This document shows, in pieces, positions 11,478 through 26,523 of a stretch of 64,000 nucleotides of DNA. The notes beneath the pieces were generated by a model. It saw only the letters and a program-made list of their open reading frames with translations, was not told where the DNA came from and made no database searches. A program made the position numbers and the translations under genes. Source of the stretch: Cirrosporium novae-zelandiae. Its lineage: Eukaryota. Numbering within the stretch: position 1 is the stretch's first letter; the number at the start of each line of letters is the position of its first letter. The stretch lies in the NCBI GenBank assembly GCA_026023565.1, contig JAPETS010000039.1, forward strand, positions 124,001-188,000, written 5' to 3'.

Positions 11478-13576
11478 CTAAGCAGGCGAAACAGGAGATG
11501 GCTGAAAGACCTTTTGGGGACGGCCAGCTGGCTGGACAACGATTGTTGAGTCTAGCTGGTTAGCAAAAGGGAAGCCATGATTCTCTCGGTGAGCAGGGAT
11601 TCGCTCATCGATTTTATTGATTTCCATTCGCGTACCATCTTCAGAGCCCCCGTTTCCATTGACAAGGCCATTCATATCCTGTGAGATTTTAGAGTCCTCC
11701 GCGGTCAAGTTTGACTGATTATCTTTCTTAGAGGCAGCAGCACTAGATTTTCGATACCTCAGAGATACCATAAGATGGCTTGGTTTCCCATCTAAATCGT
11801 TCTCATCATCTGTCATGTTCTCATCTTCTGAACCCTCTTCATCACCGTTTTGGTCCATGTCATCGTAGTCGTCACCATCCCACTCCTCGCCACTTGAAGC
11901 AGCCTCAGATTCGTCGTCCATCTCGTCGACGTCATTGTAACCTTCAATGTGAGCACCTACAACCTTCAATCTTCTGCGCTCATTCAAAGCCTGTGCCCTT
12001 CCGCTTCTGGTAGCTCTCCCGTTTGAAATTGGCTCCTCGGTGCCAGCATCGGAAGCTTCTGCACTTACCTGTCCGGCTCGGCCACTGAGTAAGCTCTCGC
12101 CATATGCACCGCCGACTCTGGACTTGACACGTCGACCACTGGCCGTATAAGTAGGCCCGGAAGGTTCTGCGGGAGTGCTAGAGTGAGAATGGCGAGTTCT
12201 TCTTTCGCCTAAAGCTTCGGCGATTTCATCTTCCTCATCGGAAAATGTATATTTGAGTTTTTTCCCACGAGTTCGGCCTTCGTAGAGTGAAAACCCTGGT
12301 TGGGGACGGGAAAACTGGGCTTTTCGGGCAAGACGATAATCACGGCGCTTGCGCTTCTACATAAAAAGGATATTTAGTGATATGGATTAAAGAATTTGGA
12401 AATTTGTAGGAGTATACCTCTTCTGAAGCCTCAAACCTGGGGATAGCGTTGGTCATTTTTTCTGCCAACCGCTTCGAATGTCCATTGCCATCAGCCCTCA
12501 ACTTATCTGCCAGGAGCTTTAATTCGTCTATATCTGAAGCTACACTAAACCAGGTAACCTTCTTCAACGCAATGTTGGATTCTCGGTAGACCCGGAAGTT
12601 GGTATCATCTTGGCCCTCAACCAGCCAGTATCGTCTCTTGTCACCATCACGGCCCCAGGATTGGACAGACAGAGGTTGGTTCAAGTCATCTTCCTGACGT
12701 GATCGTTTGTATGAGCTTTTAATTATGGTTGATACGGCTTCGGAAGATGATAAGGACCACAGAATAAGCGTTCGGAGAAGAGTGAGCTAGTAGAGCGAGT
12801 TGTTAGCAAGAATATCCAATATCTAGCGTATATGAATTTGCACCTACTCGTTCAATATCTGACATTTTGTGGAAATTGTTGCCCCCATGAAGTGGATTGC
12901 GCCCATTCCATGCTGGAGGCCATTGGCCGGCATGTGTTTGAACGGCTTCCTCCAACGCGCGATGATAATGCCCTCTTCTAGAAAACAATATCAACATTAG
13001 TAAGCGATCCATTAATCTCAATATCTTGTAGTTCATAGAAACCAGAACACGGGCCCTCCATCATTCGTGAAGTATCTAGTATTGGTGTAACTCACTCGGG
13101 GTCCTTTTTGCGATTTAACACCAATCCAAGGAGCGCGCATAGCAGTCTCTCGACTTGCTCATTTGGTATATCGTCTGCGACTCCTCTCTCGAGTTCCTGA
13201 GGCCCGAAGGTGGGTACCCCTTTAGCAAAGACTGGCGCGAATCGCGAACGAAACATGACAATGAACTATAACACCATATGTTAGTCCTACGCCTAAAGCC
13301 AACATTCCTCGCTGAAAATTGCGATGAAGCTCTCAATTATGACTTCAGAAATGTAAGACTCACGGCAATATATTCATTGTCTGCTAACACATAGTCATGC
13401 GGTGGTGAAGCTGGGCGTTTTCGGGGTGGGGTCGAGGGCTCCCTTTTCTGAGGAATAGGTCCCTTCTTACGCTCAAAGTATTTATCGATCGTTCCATCGC
13501 GGATAAGAGATTTAGGTGGAGCCTCATCATCTGTTGATGGTAATGAAGAAAGGGAAGAGCTGTCTGAAACTGACAT
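11478..13576 (-). CDS. WHIM1-domain chromatin protein (Ioc3/ISWI accessory-like), multi-exon
   Basis: Exons encode SPPHDYVLADNEYIA, FIVMFRSRF..FGPQELE..LLCALLGLVLNRKK, GHYHRALEEAV, LLRTLILWSL, WGRDGDKRRYWLVEGQDDTNFRVYRES and FSLYEGRTRGKKLKYTFSDEE; acidic tail. Confidence 0.78.
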
Positions 13577-15178
13577 CTTTTCGCGGACGTGGGTGGTTGA
13601 TGTCGCTAAAGTGGAAAAGTGAGGTCCACTATGAACTTGGAGGGAAGTGAAGTGGTTAAGTTATGGAACTACGAGCTACGACAAGCGCGGCTGATCCGCG
13701 CGTAATTGCTTAAAAGAGTTTCAAGGACGCCAATGGCAATGCCTTGATCAAAGATCTGGTCATCAATATTCACGAGCTTGAGGAGGAAAGGTCAGAGAAC
13801 CCAGATATTACGTCGCTCATCTATTCATGTCCATTACCTATCGTAACTTGGCTTCGCGAAGAATAAGTATGATCCATCACTCTAATTTGATTTCTGACAA
13901 CAAAGAACAGCACCTGCCATCACAAAACTATCGTATCTTAGCAGTAAGTTCTTGCACCAAGGTGAGAGAAACAAATAGTACGATGATCGATCGGTTTATC
14001 GATAGGCCGTGTGACGGAGGTCTCTAAGAGAATACTATTATCTGTAATCGCCGGGTCATAGAAGCTTACTGTTGGGGTGATCAGTTGATACTCGCGACTT
14101 GAAACTGAGTACTGGCATACCTACACATCTGCCAAAGCTCGGCTGCAAACGAGACTGAGTTCAGCCTTATGACCGTGCCCAGAATCAATCAAATCCAAAA
14201 CATAATATCGCCACTATCGCAGGAGAGTCAAGAGACAGCATGTAGCTGTCGCCAACCCCCAAATTCAAAAGCCTTGATTAAGAAATCCATGATTGCAAAT
14301 GATACTGAAGTGTGGTAGAAAACCTTAGTATATTGATCCCATAAGATAGAATAGTAATAACAGTAAACAATAAGATGTAAAGCGATATAGATATAAAATA
14401 ACTCGGTAAGCCGATATACTTGCATAAGGCAGGAGATATAGATGATGGACAATGGCCATAAAACCCAGAGTCTACTGCAGTAACAACGCTCATAGGCAGC
14501 AATACCTCCTTATATCAACTAAACAGCCTACCACTGATACCGAGAGTAAAGTTCCTGATGAAAATGCACCTTCATGTTGTACATTTGATGCAGGGAGAGT
14601 GGTGACCCAAGATTGGTGTCGAAGACCACGGGTGGGAACACGTGGAACCCAGATATGACAGAACCACAAAATTAAGAAAGGAATTTCCCAGCATCAATTT
14701 TTTCAAGAGTAAGAGGGCAAAACTTCTACAATATGAACACAGAATGTATACCATAGTGTAACGTGCATCAGGACGGTTTATCATGAGCCAAATGAACATG
14801 TTGACTCCATCGAAAGTCAGAGGAGCTCTTGCATAAGATGAGTAAATATTTTTCATGTTAGATTTGATGATCCCGTTGAATATGGGATATGTTTATACTA
14901 TTCCTTGATAGTAGAAAGCTGATGAAGTTGAAAATAATTATCATCAGGTTTTCGCGGACCAGCTCTCTGAACCGAATCGACTAATCCGCATCCGGCTAGA
15001 CTCGCGTTTGGCGCGCCCTCATTCCCACACAACGACCTCAATCACCTCAATCGTCAAATTGAAAAGTCCAGGCTATCAACTCCCCGACGACACAACAGAA
15101 GAGACGTAAGAGCTGAACATTCTTCAACATTTATTCCTACAAGATTGAATATCTAACTTCATACTTTCTCAGGACAAG

Positions 15179-16071
15179 ATGGGTCGGGTTATTCGTAATC
15201 AGAGGAAGGGCCGTGGCTCCATTTTCAGTATGTTCACACATTCGCCAGCGATAATTATCACTCTAAAATATGAAATGATCTAACAATATTTTCTCCTCTT
15301 AGCTGCACACACACGTCTCAACAAAGCTCCTGCTCAATTCCGCACCTATGATTATGCTGAGCGCCATGGATACATTCGTGGTGTAGTTAAGGATATCATC
15401 CATGACCCTGGACGAGGTGCTCCTCTCGCAAAAGTAACCTTCCGCGATCCTTACCGATTCAAACTGCACACCGAGACCTTCATCGCCAACGAGGGCATGT
15501 ACACTGGTCAGTTTGTATATGCTGGCAAGAACGCTGCTTTGACGGTTGGAAACATTCTGCCTTTGGGGAGTGTACCTGAAGGTACCGTCGTCACAAATGT
15601 TGAAGAACAGGCTGGAGATCGGGGAGCGTTAGGCAGAACCAGCGGCAATTATGTTACTGTTATTGGACACAATCCCGATGAGGGAATCACCAGAGTAAAG
15701 CTCCCAAGTGGTGCCAAGAAAGTTATTAAGAACACTGCCCGAGGAATGGTTGGAATTGTTGCTGGTGGCGGAAGAACTGACAAGCCTCTCCTGAGTACGT
15801 ATCAATCAACGGTTTCTAATAAGGATGGTACTAAATCACACTTACAGAGGCCTCAAGAGCCAAGCACAAGTTTGCCGTCAAACGCAACTCTTGGCCCAAG
15901 ACTCGTGGTGTTGCTATGAACCCTGTTGACCATCCTCATGGTGGTGGTAACCATCAACATATCGGAAAAGCTTCCACTATTTCTCGACAAGCAGCTCACG
16001 GTCAAAAGGCTGGTCTCATCGCCGCCCGGAGAACAGGTCTATTACGGGGTACTCAAAAGACAAAGGATTAG
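15179..16071 (+). CDS. RPL2: 60S ribosomal protein L2 (uL2/L8); 2 CDS introns plus a 5'UTR intron (~15106-15172)
   Basis: [88 protein letters not shown]. Confidence 0.98.
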
Positions 16072-17411
16072 AGTACTTCTTCTTTTGTAGCGGGGGATAG
16101 CTGGGGTGACTGTGCTTTTCTGTATGGTGCAATCGGGAAACGACATGAGGAATTATGGTTGCACGCTCCGGTTGAAAGTGATCATGGCCGGTTGATGCGA
16201 TATGCTAGTCCTGGAATATGAAAGACAAAATCCTAAGATTTCTTTTCACTCTGCTTTATCTAGGCATGAGCCCTGACCTAGCAACTTAGAAGCCTGGGGT
16301 AGAAAAAGATCAAGTCTTCGGGAAGCCCCCTAGAACTTTTCCCCCGCATGCTCGCACAGTACAAGTGGCTAACTTCCAGGGCTTTAAAAATATGTAATCT
16401 AAGAGACAGGGGGAGCTCCACCCAAGACGTATGACCCAAGCAAGAATCCGCTTTCATTCAAGAGCCACCGCTTCTCCATCAACTTTTATTCCTATCTTTG
16501 AGAACGTCAGAGTTATTCAATCTTGGGAATTGGAGAATAATAGATAATAGATTTTTTTTTAGACCAAAATGAGTACTGAACAGTATTAACAATATTGAGG
16601 AAGATGATGAGAGTCTAGGGTGTAACCACTTCGATCTTCGCCAGCCGACGCACTGACGAATTCTCACGTGTAGTCTAGATTCCGGCTATACTCAGAGCGA
16701 TTGAGGCGCCGATAAATAGAGTACTAGCTTGGTTGTATACATACCTATCTATATACTAAGAAGCCAGATCGGATATTACGACCATTGCTTTTTTTGGAAA
16801 GCTTTGAAGACTAGCGATCGTGTTAATCTAATAATATATACATACATACCACAGTAGAGAAACTAGGAAACCAATACGATTATGAAATACTTGGAAGTTA
16901 ACATTTTACAAGTTGAGAGAGAAAGGAATGGGGTTACGATGTAAGACAATACAATGATAGGAGATGGTCATCTCTCCGGGTACGTTGACGTATTTAGCCC
17001 CAACGGCTTCAAAAGGCACTGTGGCACATTGGAAGCTGCCCACTGTCCCATATCTACCGCCCAAGGCCAGTTGGTCCCTGCCCACTTGGGTTTCAAGACC
17101 CCGTTGCAGGCTTGAGATGAATCCACCTCTATTCTTGCAATTAGCGCTCATTCAACATTCCACGTAGACAGGAGGACTCCAGCCTCACTTCATTTCAAAT
17201 TAGATGCGTTTTCTTTCTTGTTGTTCCAAATATCGAACTTCATCTCCTTAACTCCTTTGTTCCCTGATTCTACTCTGAAGCTTACTTTCTCGAACCCCTC
17301 CAACAGCCGTCAAACTTGCATTCCATCAACCTAAACATCCATTTTTTGCCTTTCGTCAGTACGACTAGGACACTTCATCTAATTCATATCACCTCAACCC
17401 TACACGACGAT

Positions 17412-18929
17412 ATGAATGTCAACAAGAAGCTCGACCGCTTCAAACAGTGGGGAAAGGAGCGGATGGGCGGGGAAGCGAAAACAAATGTATCCGATGAATT
17501 CAAGGCTCTTGAGATGGAAATGGCACTGAGGCATGAAGGTTTGCCAATGATTTCTTAATTCTATCGAGGACTACTCTGATAATCGCATCTCAGGCATGGA
17601 ACGTCTTCAGAAATCTATGAGTTCGTACGTCAAGGCAATGTCCAAACGAAACGAGGGGGAAGATAGAGAAAAGACGCTTCCAGCAGCCCATATGGGTAGT
17701 ACTATGGTTGCTCATGGAGAAGAATTTGATAATGACTCGGAGTTTGGCCAGTGCCTCATTGGTATGCACGGCGCTTCGAATATATTGCCCATTCCCTAAT
17801 AACTGTAATAGGTATGGGCCATACAAATGAGCGAATCGCTCGGGTTCAAGAGAACTACGTTGCAAATGCCACTTCTAGCTGGCTAGAATCTCTCGAGAGG
17901 TCACTCGCTCAAATGAAGGAATATCAGGTGAGTGCCAACTCAATTTTTCATAAGAAATATTAGCTCCAGGGTGGATTTAGGGCTAACATTGTTCTAGGCC
18001 GCGCGAAAGAAGCTGGAGAATCGTCGTCTTGCCTATGATGCTGCGCTTGCTAAGATGCAGAAGGCTAAAAAGGAAGATTTTAGGGTCGAGGAGGAATTTC
18101 GTGCTCAGAAAGCTAAATACGAGGAATCGAGTGAAGAGTGTTACCGAAGAATGCAAGATATTAGGGAGTGTGAATCGGACAGCGTTGCAGATCTGACAAC
18201 ATTTTTGGAAGCAGAGTTGGCATACTATGATAAATGCAGGGATCTCTTGATGAATCTTAAAAGAGAATGGCCAGCTGTGTAAGTTTGGAGAGACCACCCG
18301 AGGAAAGCTTACTGCTAACACTATCCAGACAAAGTCGAGATGATGATCGCTCATTCCGAACTCATCGACCACGGTCAAATACTGCACATTCATATCGGGA
18401 GCGTTTCAATGCTGTTGAGGAGGAAGAACCCCCGGTTCCAGAGCCAGCTCAGCGTCCATCTATCCGTAGCCGTACTTCCTCCAGTCAAAATGTTAACGAA
18501 TCTCCACGCAAAGGCCTTCCAGGTATGGAGTTCAGGAGAACCTCTACATTCGAGGGGCCTACACAACTCCAACAGGATTCTTCCCCCTTGCCTTCTCAAC
18601 GGCTTGCACGTGTTACCAGTGACTCTCACACTTTGCCAACTCGTGGCCAACTTCGGCCCGTAAATCGAATATCTTCTTACGATACGTCGGAGGATGGCAC
18701 ATACGGTAATAGTCCCGATCGCGGCTATCGAGAAAGATCTGTTTCCCCCGCCACATCCCATGCGAGCAGTCTATCCAGGAAGGCGAGCTCTACTACTTTA
18801 AGTGGTCAACCTGGTTCCGCGAAGAAGATGCCTCCACCACCTCCACCCTCCAGAGCTAAGAAACCCCCACCTCCGCCTCCCCCCATGAAACGAAGTGCTT
18901 TGAGCACCAGCGATGTAAGATATGCTTAA
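17412..18929 (+). CDS. BAR-domain protein with proline-rich C-terminus, 5 exons
   Basis: MNVNKKLDRFKQWGKERMGGEAKT..FKALEMEM..WLESLERSLAQMKEYQ|AARKKLENRRLAYDA..KAKKEDFRVEEEFRAQKAKYEE, then PPPPPPSRAKKPPPPPP. Confidence 0.85.
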
Positions 18930-20055
18930 GTTACTTTCAGTGTTGGCAATAAACCAACCACAGTTGAAATGGACATTGCAAGTGTAAGAATATCATATGG
19001 ATTTCCCAAAGCAAAACGTGCGGTGCTATATCTCGGAATGGCTTATTAGGATTATGAGACAGCCTTAGCTATTCTCCGCGGCCTTCACATGACATCAGTT
19101 GTGAGTTCACAATAGTCCTGCTTGAAAGTCTCGGGATTTATCCTGCGATGGGAATGAAGGAATTTACAGGCGTGCAAAGTTACTCCACGACATTTAGCAT
19201 TATACGAGCTGGCTTGTGGCATGAATGGTGTAGGTCAAGGGGAGCAAGACTTCCTACATGGGCCTTTGAGACTTGACAAAAATAAAAAAGCTAGGATCTT
19301 CGGGTGGCATGGACTGGGTAAATTGGATGCATGGAAGTCGGCTACTGGTTTAGTAAGAAGGGTGGGATTCACTTAGGAAGTACAAGTATTAGAAATGTGA
19401 ATTCTGGTTGCTGAGTACCTTATTACATTACATGTACATGAAGTTGTATTATTTCACGCATAGAAACGGGTATACTTGCAGCCGAGGGAAAAAGCTAAAT
19501 TAGTTTTAGGTCTGTAAAAGTAAAGAATGTCGGCAAAACATTGTTCCCGTTAAGCGACTTTCTAACCATCTTACACCTTCTTCCTTTTGCAAGACGTTGC
19601 CCTCCAGTCTGCTGAATCGTTGAGGACGACACGCCGCGAAACCCCTCCTTCCCCGTCGCCAAAAGTCGAAGACCATCAACACGATAATTTCGGCGCGTCT
19701 TTCTACCCACCAACACTCCGCCAACGGGCCAAGGCCCATTGTTTAGCACCTTCCTTCGCTCCCCTTGCAGATTTTCCAATTCGCGCCAGCCTTGGGTCAC
19801 CTTCATCCATCCACCGGAGTAGACCTGAGAACATCTCCCTCTCCGCGCATCAAAATATTCCCGCCCACCTCTTTCTCTTCCACTCGTTATATGCGCCCCA
19901 ACACAACAACCACGCCCTCCCCTTCCCGCGCCTACCTTCCGCCCTACTCGCTCGTTAGCTATACCTAAAGCTTAAGCCTCAACAGAGCAATCTCAATACG
20001 GAAGTTGGAGAGCTTGGACACCTCAGTCACCACCACCCCAGCCTTTCCATTCACC

Positions 20056-20414
20056 ATGGCTTCAGTTCAGCCGCCCCCGAATATGATGCATGGCGGGTCC
20101 CATTCCCTGACTTCCAAATTAACACAACAGGAAGTACAACAAGTATACCAAGTAAGATTTTCTCCCTTTGCCTATTATATCCAATCACCCTCAACCTTAG
20201 TAACCATCAATTTTTTTCAACAATTCAGTACTAACATGATGACAGAAATACAAGCAGATGAAAGAACAAGGTGTTCGCAATGATGATCCTGAATTCATCA
20301 AGGCGCACAACTTACTTTCTGCCATAACTCAACAACAAGCGTTTCTCAAACAGAGACAGACCGTTGTCCAACAGCAGCAGCAAGCTCAACAGAGGTTACA
20401 TCAGCAGCAACAGC

Positions 20415-20463
<49 letters not shown>

Positions 20464-23400
20464 TATACAAAATGGAACAACTACAGATGGTACGGCAACC
20501 CTCAATGGTCATCTTGGCCACTATTCATCGTTTCTTCTCCCCCCTAACTCGAATGTTTTCTTAGGCCAATATCCACCTGAACCCAATGCTTCGGCTGCCC
20601 AAAATGTTTCGAACTCTTCTGCTCAGCAAATTGGAACCCCATCAGGCGCGCAGAAAGCCCCCATGCCTGCACACAACAGCTTTACACCGGATCAGTTAGC
20701 TATCCTTCGGAATCAGATCATGGCATTCAAGGCGCTGTCTAAGAATGCACCTATTCCCCCTAATATTCAAAGGCAACTCTTCGTGTCACATAACAAGCAA
20801 TCCCCTACTCCTGCCCAAAGATTGGCAGCTGCTAGAGATAGCCTTGAGGATCAATCTCAGTCACAAGATGAATCAAAACCTGGAGCTACCAGTGGTGAAC
20901 CATCAACGCCAGCTACTCATGTTTACAAAACCTTTACCTCACCATATAAACTAATGAAACCTACCATCAGCTATTCAGATCATAAACTTCGCAATCACAG
21001 GCCATTCATCTCCAGCCTTATGCCGGAGGGCGTGGATGCCGATCGCATTCGAGAAGACCAAGAACGAATAGTCTACAATCGCATTATATCTCGGAGAACG
21101 GAATTAGAGCAACTTCCTGCCACCATTGATGGTGCTGTCAAATTGAAGAGGCTTATCGAATACAAAATGTACAATCTTATAGCGAAACAACGCAACCTTC
21201 GACGATTGGTAAGTCAGGAGATGGTTTCTCAGGACAACCTTGCCAATACTGTTAATCGTTCTATGTATCGTCGACCAAAGAGACAGTCTGTGAGAGAAGC
21301 CAGGATCACTGAGAAGTTGGAAAAACAGCAGCGAGACGCTCGCGAGTCCAAAGAGAAGAAAAAACAGACGGACTATCTTCAATCCATTATAGATCATGGT
21401 ACAGAGATTTTGACAAGCGCCACCAACACTCGTTCCCGGGCACAGAAACTCGGTCGTATGATGATTCAACACCATCAGTATATGGAAAAGGAAGAGCAAC
21501 GGAGAATAGAAAGGACAGCAAAACAACGTCTGCAAGCTTTAAAAGCGAACGACGAAGAGACGTATCTCAAACTCCTTGGTCAGGCCAAAGATTCTCGTAT
21601 TTCCCACCTTCTGCAGCAAACGGATGGCTTCTTGAAACAATTAGCCTCTTCTGTTCGACAACAGCAGAGAAATGCTGCCGAGCGATATGGCGGTGATGCT
21701 TACTTTGAAGAAGATATCGAAGAAGATGAGGACCTAGAAGAAGATGAAGAGGGAGGTCGTAAAGTTGATTACTATGCAGTTGCTCATCGTATCAAAGAAG
21801 AGGTTAAAGAGCAACCTGGTATCCTCGTCGGCGGAACTCTGAAAGAATATCAAATCAAGGGCTTGCAATGGATGATTTCTTTGTACAACAACAACCTCAA
21901 CGGTATACTGGCAGATGAAATGGGTCTCGGAAAGACTATTCAGACTATCAGTTTGATTACTTACTTGATCGAGAAAAAGAAGCAAAGCGGTCCATTCTTG
22001 GTTATTGTGCCTCTGAGTACGCTTACCAACTGGAATTTGGAATTCGAGAAATGGGCACCATCCGTGAACCGAGTTGTCTACAAGGGTCCACCAAATACCC
22101 GAAAACAGCAGCAACATCAAATTCGTTATGGGAATTTCCAGGTTCTGTTAACCACGTATGAGTATATCATCAAGGATCGGCCGGTATTAAGCAAGGTTAA
22201 ATGGGTTCACATGATCGTTGACGAAGGCCATCGAATGAAGAATGCACACTCAAAGCTTAGTAGCACTTTGACTCAATACTATATCACTCGCTACCGGCTG
22301 ATCTTGACAGGTACGCCTCTTCAGAATAATCTGCCAGAGTTGTGGGCCCTTCTCAATTTCGTGCTCCCTACTATATTTAAATCAGTCAAATCCTTCGATG
22401 AATGGTTCAATACACCATTCGCCAATACTGGTAGCCAAGATAAGATGGAGCTATCAGAAGAAGAACAGCTGCTTGTTATTCGGCGTCTACACAAGGTTCT
22501 TCGACCCTTCTTGCTACGTCGTTTGAAGAAGGACGTCGAAAAGGATCTGCCTGATAAACAGGAGCGTGTCATCAAATGTAGATTCTCTGCTCTCCAAGCT
22601 AAGCTATACAAACAACTTGTCACCCATAACAAAATGGCTGTTAGTGATGGTAAGGGTGGTAAGACTGGAATGCGTGGTTTAAGCAATATGCTTATGCAAC
22701 TTCGAAAGCTTTGCAACCACCCCTTCGTGTTTGAGCAGGTCGAGGATGAAATGAATCCAGGCAAGCTTACAAATGATCTGATATGGCGTACGGCTGGCAA
22801 GTTTGAACTTCTGGACCGGATTCTACCCAAGTTTAGAGCATCGGGTCATCGTGTCCTAATGTTTTTCCAAATGACACAGATCATGAACATTATGGAAGAT
22901 TTCCTCCGCTTCCGTGGCATGTATTATCTCCGCCTTGATGGATCAACCAAATCCGATGATCGATCTGAGCTTTTGAAGCTTTTCAACGCACCAAATTCTC
23001 CATACTTCTGTTTCTTGCTTTCCACTCGAGCTGGTGGTCTCGGTCTCAACCTTCAGACCGCAGATACTGTGATCATCTACGACTCTGATTGGAATCCTCA
23101 TCAAGATTTGCAAGCTCAAGATCGTGCCCATCGTATTGGACAGAAGAACGAAGTTCGCATTTTAAGATTGATTAGCTCAAATTCTGTTGAAGAGAAAATC
23201 CTTGAGCGTGCCCAGTTCAAGCTCGATATGGACGGCAAAGTCATTCAGGCTGGAAAGTTCGACAACAAATCAACAAACGAGGAACGTGATGCCTTGCTCC
23301 GAACTCTACTTGAAAGTGCTGAGGCTGCGGACCAGTTAAATGATCAAGATGAGATGGATGATGATGACTTGAATAAGATCATGGCAAGATCTGACGAAGA

Positions 23401-24511
23401 GGAAATCCTATTCCAGAAAATGGATGAAAAGCGCCACAAAGAAGACGCGTACGGTCCTAACCATAAGTATCTTCGTCTTATGGGAGAGTCCGAACTTCCT
23501 GAGATTTATCTTACCGATGATAACCCTGTTGAAGAGGTACACGAGGAAGAGACTTATGGTCGTGGTGCTAGAGAAAGAAAAGTGATGAAATATGATGATG
23601 GCCTTTCTGAAGAAGCTTGGCTTCGAGCCGTTGATGATGATGATGATACTATTGAAGCCGCCGTTGCACGCAAAGAAGCCAAGATGGAAAGAAGAAAAGC
23701 TAACAAAGAGAAAAGGAGCAAGAGAACATCAGGTGTCGATAGCGAGTCCCCTGAACCTTCAAGGGAAAGTTCCGAAGCTCCTTCCGGGAGAAGGAGAAGA
23801 GGAAAGTCATCCTCTAAACGAAAAATTGAAGAAATCGAGGAAATTCCACCACCGTCTAGAGGACGTAAGCGTGCTCGTGCTAAAAGCAACATCGATCCTC
23901 TTAGCAATTCCGAACGTGATACTCTGCAAAAGATTCTTGATACCACATATGATACTCTTATGGATTATGAGACCCCCATTGGTGGCCGGCTTTTAATCGA
24001 TCCATTCTTAGAACCACCTTCCAAGCAGCTATATCCTGACTACTATGTTCTTATCAAGAAACCGATTGCCATGGATATCATCGGCGAGAGAATCAATCAG
24101 AAGCAGTATACGCATACCAGGGAATTTAGGGAGGATATCTCATTAATGTGCAATAACGCAAGGACCTACAACGAAGATGGCAGCATGCTATATCAGGATG
24201 CCATTGAAATAGAGGTATGTTTCTGTTTCTCCATCTGCATCTTAACAACTAATGTTTCCTGCCAGAACTTTGTCCTCCAAAAACTCCGCGAAGTCACAGA
24301 AGCACATCCAGAGTTCGCCGACTTTGGGGATGACTCCACCTCTATGGCAGATGGACAATCCACTGCCGCGGTCTCCTCTAGTGTTGGTACACCTCTTGCC
24401 TCTGGGGCTAGTTCACAAAAACTCAAACTTACATTTAATGGTGCGAATGGCGGAGGCAAGGATGGGACCACTGCAAATACCAGTGAAAGGGAGATGAGTG
24501 ATGATGAGTAG
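20056..24511 (+). CDS. STH1: SNF2-family ATPase of RSC/SWI-SNF (Sth1/Snf21): QLQ, HSA, DEGH helicase, SnAC, bromodomain
   Basis: QLQ (FTPDQLAILRNQIMAFK), [43 protein letters not shown], bromodomain YPDYYVLIKKPIAM..NARTYN. First exon from ATG 20056, intron ~20152-20245. Confidence 0.95.
20370..20461 (+). repeat. (CAA/CAG)n coding microsatellite giving a polyglutamine tract in STH1
   Basis: Long pure caa run (~20415-20461) encoding part of a ~20-Q tract. Confidence 0.92.
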
Positions 24512-26523
24512 AGAATGTTGTGGGTTTTTATTTCTTCTATTGTTTTCCATATATGGTTTTACACATTGGCAAGGGCGCTTGGAGGATGCAATATTTCAGG
24601 TTCGGCTCGGTCGTGGTTACTTGTTACCCCTATTCCATTTTCAACTCATTAGAACGATAAATGCAACGGATGCATGGACTCATTGGTAAGTTTTGTTACC
24701 TGATGGTCTGGGTAACGCAAGAACTTCGATTCAGAACATGTGGTACACATTCATGAAAGATCAAAGGGAAGATATTCGATGGTATGGCGGACGGCCTTTT
24801 TTCTTTCTCTTCTTTTTTTTGTCCTTCTTACTTTTTTTGTCTCTGCCTTTCTCATACTTGGGGAATTGGCACCTATTGTGACAGATAGCTAAGTTAGACT
24901 AACCACACCTTATTAAGTTGAGTTGTATGATAAAAAGACCGGCAAGCAAGCATGCTAATTTATATTATCTTGAAAAGTTTTTTTTTTGAAGTAACAGTTT
25001 CAGTTTCTTCACGTAGTAGTGTTTTATGGATTTAGTGTTTGAAATGGCTTTGGGGAAAAAGTGAGCTGAAGTGACAGAATTGACCGAATTGACTGTTCAT
25101 CATTTTTCCTTAGGCTATGTAGATACGCACAGAGGATCACGATATTTATTCTCTATATTTTAAGAGGGTTGGCTTGGTTGATATAATCGATCATGATAGT
25201 AATTACTCGGATATAAGGAACAGAATCGAATCCCATCAATAGTAGAAATTTTATATATATTTGCCTATATAGTCTATGCCAAGCGTTTTTTCTTTTTTAC
25301 TTTCGTATGTCATCCTAGGTCACTAGTATAGTATATGTATCTAGTTCTTTAGATGAATAGAATAGATGAGTCTTGTATCTGTGAATCATTTTACTTTGAA
25401 GGGTAAAATTCGCTAATATAGCTACAACACAAAAGATCCTTTAACTATATAACTAGATATGTAATTACGTGACCATTGTTTTGAGACTATTTCTTGTTTT
25501 GATTAATTACTTAAGGAAATCTGGAAATGAAATATATTGGTTTGAGTTATTGGAAGTACGGTAGGTGTTCCATGGAGGCTGCTCCATAGACTGTTATAGA
25601 GATGATGGAGAGAGCCTCAATAACCAGGAAGAACACAAAGGAGACAGATATACCTAGGTAATTAACTAACAGGTTATTTTTTATTTTTTTCTAGTTGATG
25701 CTGGACAACAACAATCCACGCATGCTCCTTCCTTCCTAACTACAGTGGTTAGTTATATGCATGCATGCATATCTATTTTATCCCATACTCCACAGTACCT
25801 AGGTATGTACTGTATAGGATTTACCGAGCACCCTTGTCTCTTTTTTATTTTTTTATTTTTTTTATTTTCGAACATCCATGGGCTATGGCCCATAATTATG
25901 ACCCTTTCCTTTTTTCCGAACAGACCAACGTAGGCAGGCCCTGGGCCCCCCTTGACCGACCGACCTTCCCTCGGAACAAAACACACAGAATTTAAGCTCT
26001 TTTGTTTATCCGTTTTATTAATTACCCTTTGAGTGAGTCTCAAGAAGCCCTAACACTACTCCTAACTCGAGCTACTAAATATACTTGTTCATCAGATCAG
26101 GTCAGTCGGATCACAGAGCTTAGCAGCTTAGCAATCCTTGGCTATACGTGTGCTCGATAAAATAATAGCATCTCAGTTCATTGTCATCAGGCTAGATAGA
26201 TAAAACATTCAAAACCACCCTCGCTCAGAAATCCACAAATGATGATATGTATTCCTGTTGTTTATGTAGGTTATAAACAGTTTAAGAACGGATGGACAAT
26301 TGGCGATATGATCGCTAGCTGACTTATTTAAAGTTATAGAGACACAGACGCATACATACACAGCATACAAAGGAACAAAAACCAGAGATCTGACTCTCCC
26401 ATCTTTGCTTTGCGCCGCCGTTTCCCTTGCCGTTCCACGAGAGATAATGTAGGTAAGTATATGTAGAGTTAAGAGACGAGGGAGGGAAGACCCCATCTAG
26501 AGAAGACTGTAGGTTCCTCTACT

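Noticed and set aside
13800..14950. Several short ORFs between WHIM1 and RPL2
   Set aside because: No consistent exon chain or recognisable domain; I also could not support a snoRNA (C/D boxes not convincingly paired)
22321..22830. Long antisense or alternative-frame ORFs inside STH1, HEM1, INO80, the deubiquitinase and ELP3
   Set aside because: Shadow ORFs of conserved genes with no recognisable motifs
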